64,000 nt of DNA. It comes from Eubacteriales bacterium. GTDB taxonomy: Bacteria > Bacillota > Clostridia > Oscillospirales > CAG-272. The stretch lies in NCBI GenBank assembly GCA_045637205.1, contig JAZTYY010000078.1, positions 952-64,951 on the forward strand, read 5' to 3'. The position numbers and the translations under genes were made by a program. Positions 43,500 to 53,730 of this stretch are shown here, piece by piece; positions within the stretch are counted from its first letter, which is position 1, and every line of letters starts with the position of its first letter. Below the pieces are notes generated by a model, which ran no database searches, had not been told where the DNA came from, and was given only the letters and a program-made list of their open reading frames with translations.

Positions 43500-44024
43500 A
43501 TGAAGCATTCATTTAAATCTTGGCAATTTTTGGGCTTTGCCTTCACGTCATTAATGGGCACAATTTTGCATTTTTTATATGATTGGCTTGATATGTCCAC
43601 GTGGATTGCACCCTTTTCTGCCGTTAATGAATCCACGTGGGAGCATATGAAGATACTATTTTGGCCAATGCTTTTATTTGCCTTTTTTGAATGGTTTTTC
43701 TTTAAGGAGCGCACTGATTTTTGGTGTATCAAGCTACGCGGAATTCTTTTGGGATTGATATTAATTCCAACTATATTTTACACACTAAAGGGGGTTATTG
43801 GCGGCTATCCCGATTGGCTAAACATTGCTATTTTCTTTATTGCCGCTGCCCTTTCATATCGTTATGAGGCAAAGCTATTCGATCCGATGAAGATAGGGTG
43901 TAAATCCCCTAAATTGTCACTATCATTTCTTGTGATTATTTCCCTTCTATTCATAATTTTTACGTTTGAAGCTCCCGAAATTGCCATTTTTAAAGACCCC
44001 TTGACAGGCACATATGGAATATAA
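43500..44024 (+). CDS. small integral membrane protein (DUF6512-like)
   Basis: GGGAGGA RBS. HFLYDW....SAVNESTWEHMKILFWP motif. 4-5 TM segments. Confidence 0.65.
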   Translation: MKHSFKSWQFLGFAFTSLMGTILHFLYDWLDMSTWIAPFSAVNESTWEHMKILFWPMLLFAFFEWFFFKERTDFWCIKLRGILLGLILIPTIFYTLKGVIGGYPDWLNIAIFFIAAALSYRYEAKLFDPMKIGCKSPKLSLSFLVIISLLFIIFTFEAPEIAIFKDPLTGTYGI

Positions 44025-44060
44025 AAAAGATGGGGAATCCGTGATTCCCCATCAAATTTT

Positions 44061-46823
44061 TTATTGTCTTTCCCATCTAGCCTGGAGTGTTACGTTACCC
44101 GCAATATTCCAAACGCCTGATTCGATTTTTTGGTTACCGTAGTACCAACCAAGGAAAGTATATCCTGAACGTGTAATTTCAGGAAGTGTATATGTTTCAC
44201 CATATCCAACACGCTCAACGTATGTTGAAGTGCTGCTATACATCAATCCTGAAACTTCAGAGCATTGTGCTGTAGCTACACTTGTTGGCTTTAGTGTACC
44301 ACTGATATATACAGTAGCTGAACCCGATGTAGAGTATGAATAAGCTCTTACACCAATATAGTAAAGAGTTCCTGCTGTTACATTGTAAGTATATGAGAAA
44401 TTGCCCCCTGAACCACCATCATCATTATATGTAAGTGTTGAAAATGAGGAATCATATAAGTAACCATAAGTATCATAGTTACTTGAGCTATAAACAGTAA
44501 TACTTCCACTTACCAACGGAACAAATGCATAATAACGAACTGATGTTCCATTTAAAGATACAGAAGCAGAGGAACCAACGCTAATTGTATTATATGTACA
44601 GCTTACCCACTTAGCATACAAAGTAATATCTTGTGTCAAAGTGCCACTAAAGGAATATCTATTAGTGCAACTGCTATCAGTATACCAACCAGCAAATATA
44701 TATCCACTACGTGTAGGAATTGAAGGATATGACAACGTTTGACCGTTGCTAAGTTCAACAACTGAGTTTGTTAATCCTGAATAATTATAGTTATATGTCA
44801 CCTTAATTGTTTTATAAGCTTCAGTAGCATTATTAAAGGTTACGTTATAATACACTATTTCTTCCCATCTAGGAGTCAAGATAACGTTATCTTCAGCAAT
44901 TGTCCATCTTCCGGATTCAACCTTTGTATTACCCATATACCAGCCAAGGAATCTATAACCCGGTCTTGTAGGTGTGGGCAATGTGAATGTAGAATCATAT
45001 GTAGCCTCCAATTTATATGTGGAGTATGCTTGATGTACAAGTCCTGAAACTGATGCAGTAGCGCTTGACGTGGATTTAAATCCATTGAAATAGAAGTATG
45101 CTGTTGAATAGTAAGAGGATGATGTGCTGTATTTATAAATAGAAATAACAATTACGTCACCTGCAGAGCATTCAAAATTAATATAATCATAGTATGTGGA
45201 AGAAACATAACTGTTGCTTCTAATTGTTGTACCCTTAGTCAAGTTATAAACCTGGAGATAGTAACTATATGAAGAACTTGAATAAGAGTTCTTGTAATAG
45301 ATTTTATGTGTTCCAGTTTCATTAGCTACAAGATAGATATGCTTTTTGTCACTTGAATCTGTGTATCTGGTTGACAAGCTATAAGCATTAGAGCTTGATG
45401 TATAATCACTGGGATTAATTTGAACTTCAGTATATGCACTAGACATAGACATCTGTGTCCAACCGGCATACAATGTCATATCAGCAGTAATTGTACCTGT
45501 GAAATTATATCTTGTTGTGCAATTACTATCTGTGTACCAGCCTGTGAATACGTAATCACTTCTTGTAGGAATGCTGGGGTAAGACAATGTATTGCCGTTT
45601 CTAATAGTTACTTGAGAATTCTTTGATCCACTATAGTTGTAGTTATATGTAACAACCAAGCTACTCTTTGTAGTAACGTCATCAAAAGTAACGTCATATT
45701 TATTAGGAGACCACTGAGCCACGAATGTTATTGGTTCGTCTTCATTTTCTATAGTATCCCATTTACCGTTTTGCGCAATCTTTTTATAATTTCTATACCA
45801 ACCATCAAAAGTATAACCTGTTTTTGTAGGTCTGGGTAATTCATAGTAAGAACCATATTCTACACTAAATGTTGAATCAACACCTACGCCACCGTTAGCA
45901 TTTAATGTTATTGTATAATCATCAGCGTCCCACTTAGCTGTAATTTGTTTATCACCAAAGCTAAATTGAGGAATAGTTGCATTAGAAGAAACTTCACCAT
46001 CAATTTCCCAACCGATGAAATCATAACCATCTCTTGTGGGGTTATTCAACACAATATCCCCAGTCAACATTGTGTAACTGTCGGGATTGGGATTTGCAAG
46101 TGTACCACCATCAAGGTTATATGTAATATCGTGTGACATTGTTACCAAAATGATGCCTGTTACAATAAGAGCTAATGCAACAAATGCAATTGAACAAATA
46201 AGAATTATCTTCTTTGCCTTTGCTTTTGCCTTTGCCTTGCGAATTCTTTCAGCCTCTTCCCATGCTGCCTTATCCTTATACCATTTATCAAGGCGAGCTT
46301 CAGCTTCTGTTACCTTCTTGGGAGCATCCTTAAATTCACCAATTGACTTGAGTGCGGCAATTGCCTCTTTAATTTGAACGTCTGTTACTGATTGCGCAAC
46401 AATAACTGATGTTGCTCGACCATAAACGAATTCCTTGCGCGCCAATTCCTTAGCTTCCATGCACTCCTTAGCCTTTGCCTTAGAATCAGCATAATCACCC
46501 AATTTTTGGAAGATAGCCAACGCTTGATCAAAGTGCTTTGCTTCAAGCATTTTTACAGCACTGTCATACTCGCGCTTATCCATCTCCTCCTTTGTCAATA
46601 CAGGAGTAGGAGCCTGTGCTGTGCTCTTGCCACAGTTTTGACAGAACTTATCACCTACAGGATACTTACTTCCGCAATGAACACAAAATTCAAATGCGGG
46701 TGCCTGTGGTTTTGTGGGAGCTGCCTTAGGAACAGGAGTTCCGCACGTAGTACAAAACGCACTATCAGGTGTCAAGGGAGCACCGCACTTTGTACATTTT
46801 CTTACTTGATTTTGATTATCCAT
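44061..46823 (-). CDS. zinc-ribbon / TM / InlB-type B-repeat surface protein
   Basis: N-terminal CTKCGAPL...CTTCG and CVHCG...CQNCG zinc ribbons. One TM segment. Repeated GY.F.GWY....Y.F.G.I..D..LYA.W (Listeria-Bacteroides repeat). GAAGGAG RBS at ATG 46823. Confidence 0.8.
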   Translation of the reverse strand: MDNQNQVRKCTKCGAPLTPDSAFCTTCGTPVPKAAPTKPQAPAFEFCVHCGSKYPVGDKFCQNCGKSTAQAPTPVLTKEEMDKREYDSAVKMLEAKHFDQALAIFQKLGDYADSKAKAKECMEAKELARKEFVYGRATSVIVAQSVTDVQIKEAIAALKSIGEFKDAPKKVTEAEARLDKWYKDKAAWEEAERIRKAKAKAKAKKIILICSIAFVALALIVTGIILVTMSHDITYNLDGGTLANPNPDSYTMLTGDIVLNNPTRDGYDFIGWEIDGEVSSNATIPQFSFGDKQITAKWDADDYTITLNANGGVGVDSTFSVEYGSYYELPRPTKTGYTFDGWYRNYKKIAQNGKWDTIENEDEPITFVAQWSPNKYDVTFDDVTTKSSLVVTYNYNYSGSKNSQVTIRNGNTLSYPSIPTRSDYVFTGWYTDSNCTTRYNFTGTITADMTLYAGWTQMSMSSAYTEVQINPSDYTSSSNAYSLSTRYTDSSDKKHIYLVANETGTHKIYYKNSYSSSSYSYYLQVYNLTKGTTIRSNSYVSSTYYDYINFECSAGDVIVISIYKYSTSSSYYSTAYFYFNGFKSTSSATASVSGLVHQAYSTYKLEATYDSTFTLPTPTRPGYRFLGWYMGNTKVESGRWTIAEDNVILTPRWEEIVYYNVTFNNATEAYKTIKVTYNYNYSGLTNSVVELSNGQTLSYPSIPTRSGYIFAGWYTDSSCTNRYSFSGTLTQDITLYAKWVSCTYNTISVGSSASVSLNGTSVRYYAFVPLVSGSITVYSSSNYDTYGYLYDSSFSTLTYNDDGGSGGNFSYTYNVTAGTLYYIGVRAYSYSTSGSATVYISGTLKPTSVATAQCSEVSGLMYSSTSTYVERVGYGETYTLPEITRSGYTFLGWYYGNQKIESGVWNIAGNVTLQARWERQ

Positions 46824-46877
46824 AACTTCTCCTTCTTTCAATTTTTTATAATGTAATAATCAATAAAACTAATTAAA

Positions 46878-47477
46878 TCAACCGATTGACTTTTCCCAAA
46901 GAATCTTCTTTTCTTCGACGGTTCTTAATTCTAAATATACACTTCTCTCAGTTTCCTCGTTATTTGGCAACGTGCCTCGAAGCACTCTTTGAATTTTAGG
47001 AAAAGCAATATCATACATATGATTCAACTCAACCCAAGCATCAGCATCCTGTGCAAACACAGGCTCCATAACGTCAAGCAGAGGCTGATATATTGCCTTT
47101 CTTTTCTCTTCAAAATTGTTTGAGTAGTATGAAGAATAATAATATTGGATAAAAAATGAGCATTTATCCTTGTTTGAAAGTGTAAATCTCCAAAAATCAT
47201 GGAACACTGCCTTAAAGCCAAGGTTTACACCGTCATTTTTAGTTGCATCAATTTTACTCCAAGATTCCTTCATCACAAACATCAGCTCTTTATCCAAGGT
47301 ATCAAACGTTTGCTTTAGCAAGTCGTCCTTGCTTTCAAAATAGCGATAGATATATACCTCACTAAGACCTGAATCGTTTGAGAGTGCCTTGGTGGTTGCA
47401 TTAGAAATTCCCTGAGCAGATACTACGCGAATTGCACTTTGCATTAGTGCTTGACGCACCTCATTACCTCTGTTCAT
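46878..47477 (-). CDS. TetR/AcrR-family transcriptional regulator
   Basis: N-terminal HTH: AIRVVSAQGISNATTKALSNDSGLSEVYIYRYFESKDDLL. Confidence 0.8.
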   Translation of the reverse strand: MNRGNEVRQALMQSAIRVVSAQGISNATTKALSNDSGLSEVYIYRYFESKDDLLKQTFDTLDKELMFVMKESWSKIDATKNDGVNLGFKAVFHDFWRFTLSNKDKCSFFIQYYYSSYYSNNFEEKRKAIYQPLLDVMEPVFAQDADAWVELNHMYDIAFPKIQRVLRGTLPNNEETERSVYLELRTVEEKKILWEKSIG

Positions 47478-47680
47478 TCTTTATCCTCACCAAATTTACA
47501 ATGTAAGTAATCACTTACAAATCGTTAAAAAATTAAGTTATATGACCTGATTTTCAACGGAAATATAACTTTACATACATTATAATACCTAAAACGACGC
47601 TTGTCAATAGTAATTGACATAATATTACCCTATTATTTACACAAAAAAGCCAACGGCTAAAAAAGTCGTTGGCTTATCTT

Positions 47681-49906
47681 TTAGAAGAGTGCGGCAATTT
47701 CATCAAGTGCCTCTTTTACGAATTTGGGGTATTTATTACTAAATGCCTTTCCCTTCCACAAATTAGGCTTTTGAACGCGAGTTAAAAGGTTGTTTTTAAG
47801 CTCACTTGCATCAACGTTTGATTTGTGCTTAGGAGATTTAAATGAGATTTCTATCGGCTCATTACCAAGGGTAATTTGCACGTCTTCAACCTCCAAATCT
47901 CTAAATTTAATGCAAAATTCTCTTGTTTTAGGCAAGAAGCTAAAGGTATTTGCAGGTGGCGTGATTTTCAAGCTAAGCTCATCCTCAGTTTCCTCAAGCT
48001 CAAACTTAGTTATCGCATACTCACCCTTTTCAAATGCCTTAGTTTCGCCATCATCATCGTACAATTCATATGTACCGTTCCCTCTCCAAACGTGAATTTC
48101 AAGAGGCTGGTCGAGAGAAAGACTATTTGTCTTGCCATCCTTATACATTGGCACGATTGCACCTTCTTTGGCAAGGACGGGAATGGAATCAAGATCGCGA
48201 TACATCTTCACCCATTTGCCACCCTGATATATTCTTCCATTGAAAATATCAGTCCATCTACCCTCGGGCAACCAAACGTCAACGCTTGAAAGGTTGAGGC
48301 GCTTATCCTGTGGCTTAGTTATGGGGCAAACCATAAGCTGTCCACCAAAGATATACTGATTTTTCACTTTATATGCGTCGGGTGAATTATATCTATAATA
48401 CATCGGCATACAAATCGGCTCACCGTATGTATGTGTGCGGTAATTGGCAGTATAGAGATATGGAATCAACTTGTGGCGCAAACGAAGAAAGTCTTCAGAG
48501 ATTTTATTTACAGCATAGCTTCTCTTCCAAGGCTCTTTACCCATATAATCTGAGTTTGACGAGTGCAATCTATTTATTGGGCTGAACACTCCATATTGCA
48601 ACCAACGAAGGTATAATTCATCGTCTTGAATACCCTTCATATGACCGCCAATATCATGACTCCACCACGTGTAGCCTGCATTTGCAGCACAGTTTGTAAA
48701 GTAGGGTTGGAAATCAAGGCTCTTCCAAGTAACTATTGTATCACCCGAAAAACCAAGTGGGTATCTATGGCTTCCAAGCCCTGAATAACGAGAAAGGATG
48801 AGTGGACGCTTTTCACCTCTATCAGCATTTTGCGTATGGTAGTGATTAAGCGCCCAAAGGGGATCAAGCCCCTCAATTTTAGAGCGTTTTCCCTGTTGCC
48901 AGTCTATCCACCAAAAATCAACTCCGTCATTTTCTAAAGGATTATGCAACACTTCAAAATAAGCGCGCATAAACTCGGGGTCAGTTACGTCAAACGAGAT
49001 AATTTCCTTATCCTCGGGATTTTTACCAAGCTTCTTGCACATCTCTGTATAAGCATCTTCAAAGAAGCGTACGCCTTGAGATGGGTGAACATTTAGTGTG
49101 ATTTTAAATCCATTTTCGTGAAGCCAATTCAAAAGTTCTTTGTAGTCGGGGAAAAGCTCGGTATTCCAAGAATAACCCGTCCAACCTTGAAGAAAATGAT
49201 AATATATAACTTCTTCAGGGCATTTGGGCTTTTCACTTCTCGCCTCTTCGCCAAAGCGATTTATTACATCGGTCCAGTGCCAATCCATATCAATTGTGGC
49301 AACGGTAATCGGAATTTCGCGATTGATAAACTCTTTCATAAGGGTGCGATATTCCTCTTGAGTATATGCCTTATATCTACTCCACCAGTTGCCAAGCGCG
49401 TATTTGGGGATAAGTGGCACTTTGCCTGTTAACGAGAAAAAGTCCTTAAGTTGTTCAAGATAATTTTGACCGTAGGCAAACCAATATCTATCTTTACATT
49501 TTTCGCGCAAAGAGATTGTGCCGTCGGCATTGATAATCAAGCTTTTACTATCATCAAGGACGGACGTTCCATATTTTGAGGTAATGCCATCTTGAAGCTT
49601 TACAGCACCATTAGCCATATCAAGTGTTCTTGCGGTGCCTGGCAATGATTTTTGTGAGAAATTATGGCATTTTTCATCAAATTTCGCACAAATTACGTCT
49701 CCGCTATTTTTATCAACCTTGAATTCAACTTCATCGGTAGTTATTTTGAGATTTTTACTGTCATCCTTGACAGAATAGTTAATTTTTCCCAAATCTCTAT
49801 TTTGAACTACTTGAGTTGGCAAATCGCAAAAAGCACCCTTCTCAGTTCTCAAAATTCGAGGGGTTATTAAGGATATTCGAAGATCTTTTTCTTGATAAAT
49901 AATCAT
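47681..49906 (-). CDS. glycoside hydrolase family 31 (alpha-glucosidase/alpha-xylosidase-like)
   Basis: IDMDWHW, DFWWIDWQQG (nucleophile region), GFSGDT, WSHDIGGH. Confidence 0.8.
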   Translation of the reverse strand: MIIYQEKDLRISLITPRILRTEKGAFCDLPTQVVQNRDLGKINYSVKDDSKNLKITTDEVEFKVDKNSGDVICAKFDEKCHNFSQKSLPGTARTLDMANGAVKLQDGITSKYGTSVLDDSKSLIINADGTISLREKCKDRYWFAYGQNYLEQLKDFFSLTGKVPLIPKYALGNWWSRYKAYTQEEYRTLMKEFINREIPITVATIDMDWHWTDVINRFGEEARSEKPKCPEEVIYYHFLQGWTGYSWNTELFPDYKELLNWLHENGFKITLNVHPSQGVRFFEDAYTEMCKKLGKNPEDKEIISFDVTDPEFMRAYFEVLHNPLENDGVDFWWIDWQQGKRSKIEGLDPLWALNHYHTQNADRGEKRPLILSRYSGLGSHRYPLGFSGDTIVTWKSLDFQPYFTNCAANAGYTWWSHDIGGHMKGIQDDELYLRWLQYGVFSPINRLHSSNSDYMGKEPWKRSYAVNKISEDFLRLRHKLIPYLYTANYRTHTYGEPICMPMYYRYNSPDAYKVKNQYIFGGQLMVCPITKPQDKRLNLSSVDVWLPEGRWTDIFNGRIYQGGKWVKMYRDLDSIPVLAKEGAIVPMYKDGKTNSLSLDQPLEIHVWRGNGTYELYDDDGETKAFEKGEYAITKFELEETEDELSLKITPPANTFSFLPKTREFCIKFRDLEVEDVQITLGNEPIEISFKSPKHKSNVDASELKNNLLTRVQKPNLWKGKAFSNKYPKFVKEALDEIAALF

Positions 49907-49915
49907 ATTTTTCTC

Positions 49916-50473
49916 TTAATTAATTTTCTTTCCATCGGCAAAGGCTTTACCTGCGGCTTCGCCAATTTTCCAATATGTGTGAGTTGAACTATCATAAGTA
50001 ATGGGATCAAGCTTATGTACGTCGATTTGTCCCTTTTCATTAAGGATTTCTTCATTGGCGCTAACGTTTACAATTTCACCTATGCAAATTTCGTCCTCGT
50101 TGAATTTAAGCAAACGACATTCAACGGTCATTGGAAGTTCCTCAATAATTGGAGCATTGACAAATTCACTCTTTGTTGCATGAAATCCCGCCCTTGCAAA
50201 TTTATCGGGCACGTCGTTGGCGGAAACAATACCAACGTAGTCGCATTCAGCAACCATTTGGGCAGTTGCAAAGCTTAGTGTAAAAGCACCTGTTTTCTTT
50301 ATATTTTCAGTTGTTTTATGCTCGTGAGCAAGACAAACCATAACCTGATTCGTATCATATATTCCACCCCACGCAGCATTCATTGCATTAGGATTGCCAT
50401 TTTCATCATATGTGCCAACAATAAGCACGGGCATTGGATAAAGCCATGATTTAGGTCCAAAATTCTTTCTCAT
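49916..50473 (-). CDS. flavin reductase-like FMN-binding protein
   Basis: LYPMPVLIVGTYDENGNPNAMNAAWGG is typical of the split-barrel flavin reductase family. GGAGGT RBS. Confidence 0.75.
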   Translation of the reverse strand: MRKNFGPKSWLYPMPVLIVGTYDENGNPNAMNAAWGGIYDTNQVMVCLAHEHKTTENIKKTGAFTLSFATAQMVAECDYVGIVSANDVPDKFARAGFHATKSEFVNAPIIEELPMTVECRLLKFNEDEICIGEIVNVSANEEILNEKGQIDVHKLDPITYDSSTHTYWKIGEAAGKAFADGKKIN

Positions 50474-50590
50474 TTTATGTACCTCCAAGATTCATTAAAT
50501 TTATTATACCATTTAAAAAATAAAATTGCAACAACAATTGAAATTAATTCCAAAATGTGATATAATTTTAAAAAAGTAGGTGATTTATTA

Positions 50591-50971
50591 ATGAATAAAT
50601 ATGAATTTGCATCCTATATTGAGGATTTTTATGGAATAAAATATGATTGCCCGTTTGAAGATGAGCTTGACGCTTGGGTCTTTCGTCACCCTGACAACAA
50701 AAAGTGGTTTGCGCTTGTTATGACTATCAAAAAGTCCAAATTAGGCATTGACAGCAATGAGTATATTGATGTCGTAAACCTTAAATGTGCCCCGGAAATT
50801 ATGGATGACCTTTGGCAAGAAAAAGGTATTTTCCCTGCCTATCACATGAACAAAAAGCACTGGTTAACACTTTGTCTTGATGGCTCATGCGATGATGAAA
50901 CCATAAAGTTCGTTACAAACATTAGCCATACATTAACTAAAAATAAAATAAAACAGATTAAAAGCAGGTAA
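50591..50971 (+). CDS. MmcQ/YjbR-family protein
   Basis: F.....WVFRH..NKKWFALVM...........YIDVVNLKC.P........GI.PAYHMNKKHW.T matches the family signature. Confidence 0.75.
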   Translation: MNKYEFASYIEDFYGIKYDCPFEDELDAWVFRHPDNKKWFALVMTIKKSKLGIDSNEYIDVVNLKCAPEIMDDLWQEKGIFPAYHMNKKHWLTLCLDGSCDDETIKFVTNISHTLTKNKIKQIKSR

Positions 50972-51086
50972 GCATCATATTTATCCACTTTTGTCAACAA
51001 TTGTTGATAAATGTCGAAATGTATTGAAATATTGAAAAAAATGTTGTATCATTATCGTAACTAATTTTAAAAGGATGTTTTGTATT

Positions 51087-51932
51087 ATGATTTACATTTT
51101 GTATAACCCACATTCCGGACAAAAACAAAATTGGACAAATGAAAAGTTACTCAATTTAGAAAATCAATTCAAGGGAAAATTATATGACATAACAACAATA
51201 AAGAGTTACTTGGAGTTTTGCTCAACAATGTGTGAAGATGATGCGATTATTATTTGTGGTGGTGACGGCACAATAAATCAATTCGTAAATCGCACAAAGG
51301 ATATTGATATCAAAGCCGATATTCTTTACTTCTCAAACGGTTCAGGTAATGACTTTGCGCGTGATTTGAATCACGAAAAGGCAGACAAGCCCTTTTCAAT
51401 CAAACCCTATTTGAAGGATTTGCCAATAGTTGAGGTTAAGGGCAAGACCTATCATTTCTTGAACAACGTAGGCTTTGGTATTGATGGATACTGCTGTGAG
51501 CAGGGTGATATTCAAAAGGCTAAGGGTAAAACTGCAATAAATTACACTGCAATTGCTATAACAGGTCTTCTCTTCCACTTCAAGCCAAGAAATGCTAAGA
51601 TTAGTGTTGACGGTGTTACAAGTGAATATCGCAAGGTTTGGTTAGCGCCAACCATGAAAGGTAGATATTACGGCGGTGGTATGATGCCTACTCCTAAACA
51701 AGATAGATCAAATCCCGACAAATCTTTGAGCATACTCTTGTATCACAATGCAGGTAAATTAAAAGCTTTAATGGTATTCCCAAAAATTTTCAAGGGAGAG
51801 CACGTTAAACATGCAAATATGGTCACAATTAAAACAGGCCACGAAATTACTGTTACCTTTGACCGTCCAACACCATTGCAAATTGACGGTGAAACAATTC
51901 TTGACGTAACTACATATACTGCTAAAGCATAA
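51087..51932 (+). CDS. diacylglycerol/lipid kinase family protein (YegS/BmrU-like)
   Basis: ILYNPHSG, IIICGGDGTINQFVN, GSGNDFAR. Confidence 0.8.
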   Translation: MIYILYNPHSGQKQNWTNEKLLNLENQFKGKLYDITTIKSYLEFCSTMCEDDAIIICGGDGTINQFVNRTKDIDIKADILYFSNGSGNDFARDLNHEKADKPFSIKPYLKDLPIVEVKGKTYHFLNNVGFGIDGYCCEQGDIQKAKGKTAINYTAIAITGLLFHFKPRNAKISVDGVTSEYRKVWLAPTMKGRYYGGGMMPTPKQDRSNPDKSLSILLYHNAGKLKALMVFPKIFKGEHVKHANMVTIKTGHEITVTFDRPTPLQIDGETILDVTTYTAKA

Positions 51933-51967
51933 ATAAAAGCCGAGAAGCACAAGCTTCTCGGCTTATT

Positions 51968-52519
51968 TTATTTGAGCATTCCATAGCCGCCTGCATATTT
52001 GCTGACGTCACTTGCAACAACGAAAACCTTATTGTCACAAATCTTTCTGATTTCCTTTAATACTTTAGTTGATTCCTTTCTTGCAAGAACAATGAAAATC
52101 ATGTTCATCTTATCCTTTGATCCATATCCGTCAAGCACTGTATACCCCATATTTCTCTCTTTGAGATATGTGGTTATAAGCTCAGTATTTTCATCATTTG
52201 CAAAAAGCTCAAGGTTGCTTGTACCAATTGCCAACTTACTTTCAATAGTTGAACCAAGGAAAAGTCCTACCGCATAACCAAAGCAATAAAAAACAAGTAA
52301 CAAATAATCATCACCAAGCGTGCTTACAAGCGTTGATATTACAAGTCCCCATATCATACACTCAACAAAGCCAAGCATTGCTGCCTTTAATCTTTGCCCT
52401 TTAACCATCATACAGGTTTTAAGTGCCTGTATACTTATTTCAACTATTTTAGCGCCACATACCATAAGACAAACCAAAATTGGATGTATATTGCGCAACG
52501 TATCCAAAAATGCTGACAT
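51968..52519 (-). CDS. UPF0316/DUF2179 membrane protein (YebE-like)
   Basis: Three N-terminal TM helices plus a C-terminal DUF2179-like GYTVLDGYG....M..IF.V..RKE domain. Confidence 0.7.
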   Translation of the reverse strand: MSAFLDTLRNIHPILVCLMVCGAKIVEISIQALKTCMMVKGQRLKAAMLGFVECMIWGLVISTLVSTLGDDYLLLVFYCFGYAVGLFLGSTIESKLAIGTSNLELFANDENTELITTYLKERNMGYTVLDGYGSKDKMNMIFIVLARKESTKVLKEIRKICDNKVFVVASDVSKYAGGYGMLK

Positions 52520-52564
52520 ATCCTTCTCTCCTCCATTATAATTTTATAAACTATTTCATTTAAA

Positions 52565-53530
52565 TTAGCTTTCAAGACAATCAAAAATCTCGTTCCAAAC
52601 TCTATCGTCCTGCTTGGTCATCAAATCCCAATCAAATGAATTAAGAAATTCCTTTTTCTGTTCATCGGTAGTGAGCTTTTTTTGTTTGGTAAGCTTGTTT
52701 TTTGCATTTATATACTCACCAAGGTGTGCAACCGCATCAGTTGTATAGTTTGGATTATGTCCCTTACCGTGTTCAAGAATGAACTTTATATTTTCTTTAC
52801 CATCAAGCGCATTTTTCAATGTGTTATAATGCACCTTTGCGCTGCAAAGCATATCGTTATCTGAATATATAAGCAACACCTTAGCCTTAGTATTTGCCAG
52901 TGTTTCAACGGCACTATATTTCACAAATTCAGGGTTGGTTGACTCTTCAAGCTCCATAATTACCCTTCTATATGGCTTAAGTATTCCACCAAAGAAGGCA
53001 TTAACAAGAAGATTCACTGAAACGAAGCCCGAAAGTACGACCACATGTGAAATTTCAGGATGAAGTGCTGAAATATTCAATGTCGAAAATCCACCCCAGC
53101 TATGTCCCATTACTGAAAAATCATATCCTGCAAAACGGCTGTCCCCTTTAAGTGTTAAAAGACAATCGTTAAGATCGCACAACGATTGAGACATTCCATT
53201 AGGTGTCTCACCACCGGACTCCATACAGCCTGTGTGGTCATATGCAAACACAAGATATCCGTGACGACAAAGTATCTCAATTTCCTTCATATATGAGGTG
53301 TGTCCACCACCAAAGCCGTGGTCGAATACAACTATTCTTTTTTCAATGGGATTCTCATAGGAATAAAGGTATCCTGAAAGCTTATGTCCTTTAGATGAGT
53401 TGAAATTATAGCTTTCACAATTAAGTCCCGTAAAATCCTTAGCAGTAAAATAAAATGCCGTACCATTGTCATCGCAACGGGTATATGCCATTGCTCTATA
53501 TCCATTAACTATTTGTTTTTCAAAAATCAT
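52565..53530 (-). CDS. alpha/beta hydrolase
   Basis: VVFDHGFGGGH oxyanion region and nucleophile elbow GHSWGG. ATG at 53530. Confidence 0.75.
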   Translation of the reverse strand: MIFEKQIVNGYRAMAYTRCDDNGTAFYFTAKDFTGLNCESYNFNSSKGHKLSGYLYSYENPIEKRIVVFDHGFGGGHTSYMKEIEILCRHGYLVFAYDHTGCMESGGETPNGMSQSLCDLNDCLLTLKGDSRFAGYDFSVMGHSWGGFSTLNISALHPEISHVVVLSGFVSVNLLVNAFFGGILKPYRRVIMELEESTNPEFVKYSAVETLANTKAKVLLIYSDNDMLCSAKVHYNTLKNALDGKENIKFILEHGKGHNPNYTTDAVAHLGEYINAKNKLTKQKKLTTDEQKKEFLNSFDWDLMTKQDDRVWNEIFDCLES

Positions 53531-53730
53531 ATTTTTTCTCCAATCCAAATTAGCATCTTCATTACAAATTAGTATAACATATAAACAATAATTTTGCAAT
53601 AATTATTGCAAATTTCGAGCTTTATTTACCAAAAAATAAAAATTTGTACTTTTTTTGAAAAAGGTCTTTAATTATTCATAAATATGTGATATAATTAAAT
53701 TGAAAAAATTTGTGCAAATGGAGATTTGAT

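Noticed and set aside
43358-43732. A 124-aa minus-strand ORF
   Set aside because: It overlaps the better-supported plus-strand membrane-protein gene (strong GGGAGGA RBS, conserved NESTWEH motif). Its Lys-rich translation is typical of AT-rich antisense reading.
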